Of a stretch of DNA of 64,000 nucleotides, positions 60,795-64,000 are shown piece by piece. How positions within the stretch are numbered: position 1 is the stretch's first letter; the number at the start of each line of letters is the position of its first letter. A program made the position numbers and the translations under genes. The notes beneath the pieces were generated by a model. The model had not been told where the DNA came from, did not search any database, and saw nothing but the letters and a program-made list of their open reading frames with translations. The DNA is from an uncultured delta proteobacterium (GTDB lineage: Bacteria; Desulfobacterota; Binatia; Binatales; Binataceae), in assembly GCA_963711565.1 (NCBI GenBank), contig CAVQEQ010000004.1, positions 1,248,001 to 1,312,000 of the forward strand, written 5' to 3'.

Positions 60795-60823
60795 TTGACG
60801 CACATCCATTGCGATCATAGATT
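60795..60823 (+). promoter_or_regulatory. sigma70 promoter of the pyr operon (TTGACG-N17-TAGATT)
   Basis: Near-consensus boxes with 17-bp spacing, just upstream of the attenuator. Confidence 0.75.
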
Positions 60824-60830
60824 CTGATCA

Positions 60831-60861
60831 CCTTTAATCCGCTACTGAGATAGCGAAAAGG
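60831..60861 (+). promoter_or_regulatory. PyrR-binding-loop-like RNA element
   Basis: CCUUUAA...CGCUA-CUGAGA-UAGCG...AAAAGG; CnGnGA hexaloop; upstream of pyrR. Confidence 0.75.
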
Positions 60862-60889
60862 AATGACAATGAAAGTGTATACTTTCGGA

Positions 60890-60920
60890 CCCGGCTGTTT
60901 TTGCAGCCGGGATTTTTTTT
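60890..60920 (+). terminator. Intrinsic terminator of the pyr leader (attenuator)
   Basis: CCCGGCTG-N6-CAGCCGGG then A and T8, 10 nt before the pyrR ATG. Confidence 0.85.
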
Positions 60921-60930
60921 GGGCCGCACG

Positions 60931-61479
60931 ATGACCGCCGCGCCCAACGTCGCGCTCGACGCCGCGCAGGTCGGGCGTTCCGTCAAGCGGATCGCGATGG
61001 AAATCGCCGAGCGCAACGGCGGGGCCGACAACGTCGTGCTGGTCGGGATCGTTCGCCGCGGCGCCACGCTGGCCGAGCGTATCGCGGTCGAGCTGCGCGC
61101 CAACGGCAAACGTGAGATTCCCGTCGGCACGCTCGACATCTCATCCTATCGCGACGACGGCAAAGGTTTTCCCGGCGACCCGCGGCTGATAGGCCGCGAG
61201 ATTCCGTTTTCGCTCGACGCGAAGCGCGTGGTGCTCGTCGATGACGTGCTGTATACCGGGCGAACCGTACGCGCCGCGCTCGACGCGATTTCCGATCTGG
61301 GCCGCGCGGAATCGGTTCAACTCGCGGTACTGGTCGATCGCGGAGAGCGTGAGCTTCCGATTCGCGCCGACTACGTCGGCAAGAATATCCAGGCCCCGCG
61401 GGGGCAACGTGTTTACGTGCGGCTTACTGAAATCGACGGCGCGGACGCGGTCGTGATCGGCAATGCTAATGGAAAATGA
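60931..61479 (+). CDS. pyrR: Pyrimidine attenuation regulator/uracil phosphoribosyltransferase PyrR
   Basis: RIAMEIAERN, GTLDISSYRDD, VLVDDVLYTGRT, DRG-RELPIRADYVGKN motifs. Confidence 0.95.
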   Translation: MTAAPNVALDAAQVGRSVKRIAMEIAERNGGADNVVLVGIVRRGATLAERIAVELRANGKREIPVGTLDISSYRDDGKGFPGDPRLIGREIPFSLDAKRVVLVDDVLYTGRTVRAALDAISDLGRAESVQLAVLVDRGERELPIRADYVGKNIQAPRGQRVYVRLTEIDGADAVVIGNANGK

Positions 61480-61526
61480 GGTTGAACTCCTGCGCTCGAC
61501 GCGCGACGAACACTGAAGTGTCACGC

Positions 61527-63464
61527 TTGGCTAAATTTGACGTCGTTTCGATCGAGGACCTCGAAACCTCGGACATCGAACGCGTATTTGCGCTCGCCGA
61601 CGGCTTTGCTGAACAGCTCGATCGTGGCAAACAGGTCACAACCGCCGCCGGACTGATCATGGCTACGCTATTCTACGAACCCTCGACGCGAACGCGCCTC
61701 AGCTTCGAGTCCGCGATGCATCGCCTCGGCGGCGCCGTGATCAGCTCGGCCGACATGCAGGCGAGCTCGGCCGCCAAGGGCGAGAGCTTGGCCGACACGG
61801 TGCGCGTCGTCGCCGGTTACGCTGACCTGATCGTGCTGCGCCATCCACATGACGGCGCGGCGCGCGTCGCCGCGGAGTACGCGCCATGCCCGGTGCTGAA
61901 CGCGGGCGACGGCAGCCGCGAGCATCCGACGCAAACGCTGTGCGATCTGTTCATCCTGCGCAAAAAGAAGGGCCATCTGAAGGGGCTGACCGTCGCGCTG
62001 TGCGGCGATCTGAAATTCGGTCGTACCGTCCATTCGCTGATCTACGCGCTCGCGCGTTTCGGCGCGAACATCGTCGCCGTGCCGAACAGCGGCATGAATG
62101 TTCCCGACTACGTGCTCGAGCGGCTCGCCGCCGAACGCAATTACAGCTTCTCGACTGTAACGATGGAGGAGCTGAAGTCGTTGGCCGGCGGTCTCGACGC
62201 GCTCTACCTCACGCCCAGCTCGCCGCATCAGATGGCGCTATTCACCGGCGACGACGCCTTGCGAACGATCCCCGCGGCCGAACCTCCCGCCGCGCTCGAC
62301 GCGTTCTACGTCACGCGCCTGCAGAAAGAGCGCATGTCGGGGAAAGAAGCGGGTGCTGCCGATTACGTACGCTTCGACGCGCGCGCGCTTCGCACCAGTC
62401 GCACGAATGAAGCCGTCGTGATGCATCCGCTGCCGCGCACCAGCGAGCTGGCGTACCAGCTCGACGCCGATCCACGTGCGGTTTATTTCGAGCAAGCCGC
62501 AGCTGGCGTGCCAGTCAGGATGGCTTTGATCGCATGGCTGATGGAAAAAGCCGACCACGCCTCGATCGCGCCGCGTCCGACCGTGGAGCCGATTCGTTTC
62601 AAGGCCGAGCCCCAGCCGCGATGCGCCAATCTGAACTGCATCACGCGTTTCGAGGGAGCACACCTGGCGCCACGCTTCACGCTCGGCCGGAGCGTCGATA
62701 GGACCGTGCTCGCGCTGAAGTGCGGCTTCTGCGAACGCGAGCTGAAAATTGAGTACGTCGGTCATGCGCGCTCGCATCGCTACTATCGCTTCGACGAAAA
62801 CCTGCAAGGCTACGTCCGACAATGGATCGAAGAAGGATCGCTGGCAGTGTTCGACAGCGTGAAGCAGGCTGAGGAAGGCGGCTACGAACCTTACAAGCGC
62901 GGCCCTCAGCGCGAGGTCATGAACGAAGAGGAAGTCGTCAGCGCGGTCGAATCGCTTGCCGAGCAGGTGGTCGCGGACGTGCACGATATGGCGAGCGTCT
63001 CGATTGTCGGGGTAGTCAGTCGCGGCGCGATGCTCGCGCTTCGCCTGCGCGATCTCATCGGATCGAAGACGGGCGTTCTTCCTCCGTGCGCCGCGCTCAA
63101 CGTCTACAAACCAGCCGACGCGATGCATCCGATCGATGGCACCGAGAACTTTGTCGTCGAAGAGCGCACCATCGTGCTCGTTGATGACGTGATTAACAGC
63201 GGCTGGACCGTGCAACGCGCGATGGCGACGATCTGGCAGCGCGGGCGTCCAGCGGCGGTCAAGCTGGCGGTGCTGATCGATCGCGGGCATCGCGCCGTCC
63301 CGATTCGGCCGAATTATGTCGGCAAGAACATCCCGACCTCGCGCACCGAGCGCGTGCAAGTGCGCCTCGCCACGGCTGGAAGCGATCCGAAGGCTAAATC
63401 GCACGACCGGGTCATGATCTATTCAATCGTCGAACCGATGAAAGAACCCGAGGCGGCGCATTGA
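61527..63464 (+). CDS. pyrB: Aspartate carbamoyltransferase fused to a PyrI-type zinc domain, an Ada-like domain and a PyrR-like domain
   Basis: FYEPSTRTRLSFE, KGESLADT, HPTQ, RLQKER, MHPLPR; then CANLNC...CGFC; then a PRTase domain; start may be GTG 61518 or TTG 61527. Confidence 0.9.
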   Translation: MAKFDVVSIEDLETSDIERVFALADGFAEQLDRGKQVTTAAGLIMATLFYEPSTRTRLSFESAMHRLGGAVISSADMQASSAAKGESLADTVRVVAGYADLIVLRHPHDGAARVAAEYAPCPVLNAGDGSREHPTQTLCDLFILRKKKGHLKGLTVALCGDLKFGRTVHSLIYALARFGANIVAVPNSGMNVPDYVLERLAAERNYSFSTVTMEELKSLAGGLDALYLTPSSPHQMALFTGDDALRTIPAAEPPAALDAFYVTRLQKERMSGKEAGAADYVRFDARALRTSRTNEAVVMHPLPRTSELAYQLDADPRAVYFEQAAAGVPVRMALIAWLMEKADHASIAPRPTVEPIRFKAEPQPRCANLNCITRFEGAHLAPRFTLGRSVDRTVLALKCGFCERELKIEYVGHARSHRYYRFDENLQGYVRQWIEEGSLAVFDSVKQAEEGGYEPYKRGPQREVMNEEEVVSAVESLAEQVVADVHDMASVSIVGVVSRGAMLALRLRDLIGSKTGVLPPCAALNVYKPADAMHPIDGTENFVVEERTIVLVDDVINSGWTVQRAMATIWQRGRPAAVKLAVLIDRGHRAVPIRPNYVGKNIPTSRTERVQVRLATAGSDPKAKSHDRVMIYSIVEPMKEPEAAH

Positions 63465-64000
63465 ACTCGATCGTGCTCAGAGGAGGCCGCGTGATCGATC
63501 CGGCGAGCGCACTCGACGGCGACTATGACGTGTTGGTGCGCGATGGCCGGATCGCAGCGGTCGAACGCGCCGGTGCTCTGAAGAGTATCCCGGATGCGGA
63601 GGTGGTCGATACGAGTGGATGCTGGATCGTACCGGGCCTGATAGATCCGCACGCGCATCTGCGCGACCCCGGCTTCCCGGAAAAGGAAACGATTTCCACT
63701 GGCCTGCGAGCCGCGGCTGCCGGTGGCTTCACAACCGTTGCGGCGATGGCAAATACGTCGCCGGTCAATGACAGTCCCGCGACGACGCGCTACATGCTCG
63801 ACCGCGCGAGGGATGCTCACGCGGCGCGACTGGCGCCGGTGTCGGCGGTCACAAAAGGTCTCCGCGGGATCGAGCTGGTGGATTTCGCCGCGATGCTTGA
63901 AGCAGGCGCGCGGTTGTTTTCTGACGACGGTATTCCGATCGACGATGCGATGGTTCTGTCACGCGCATTGGATGAAGCCGGGCGGCTCGGATACGCGGTG
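63461..64000 (+). CDS. pyrC: Dihydroorotase (type I), 3' truncated by window
   Basis: Translated by hand from TTG 63461: GGRVIDP, PGLIDPHAHLRDPG, KETI, AAAGGFTTV, MANTSPV, FSDDG. Confidence 0.93.
   Translation, partial: MNSIVLRGGRVIDPASALDGDYDVLVRDGRIAAVERAGALKSIPDAEVVDTSGCWIVPGLIDPHAHLRDPGFPEKETISTGLRAAAAGGFTTVAAMANTSPVNDSPATTRYMLDRARDAHAARLAPVSAVTKGLRGIELVDFAAMLEAGARLFSDDGIPIDDAMVLSRALDEAGRLGYAV

Overview
High-GC bacterial chromosomal window made mostly of core housekeeping genes. The gene order is deltaproteobacteria-like and the style suggests Candidatus Binatota (inference, not proven). In order: end of a nuo block (nuoF, nuoG); glpD and nth; a thinned yceD-rpmF-plsX-fabD-acpP-nrdR-ribD-ribBA-nusB-lptE-holA run; a GT-C/PMT glycosylation cluster; yebC-ruvCAB; two toxin-antitoxin modules; icd; an accessory block; mdh-sdhCAB-sucCD-ndk-rlmN-mtnP; GT2-ugd-epimerase-lepA-lepB; MFS plus a stand-alone LanC-like gene; and the start of a pyr operon with an attenuator. 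No rRNA, tRNA, CRISPR array, integrase or transposase was seen. Most notable: (1) a four-domain aspartate carbamoyltransferase (PyrB + PyrI zinc domain + Cys-less Ada-like domain + a second PyrR domain) next to a normal PyrR and a variant PyrR attenuator; (2) a Phd antitoxin carrying a synonymously diverged copy of the neighbouring VapB C-terminal tail, in a cassette bounded by a duplicated promoter; (3) a ribBA whose DHBP-synthase half has lost its catalytic residues, in a locus lacking ribE and ribH; (4) a dispersed hairpin + TTAGGGG repeat that supplies stop codons and coding sequence to host genes. All family assignments come from motif recognition by eye; no database searches were run.
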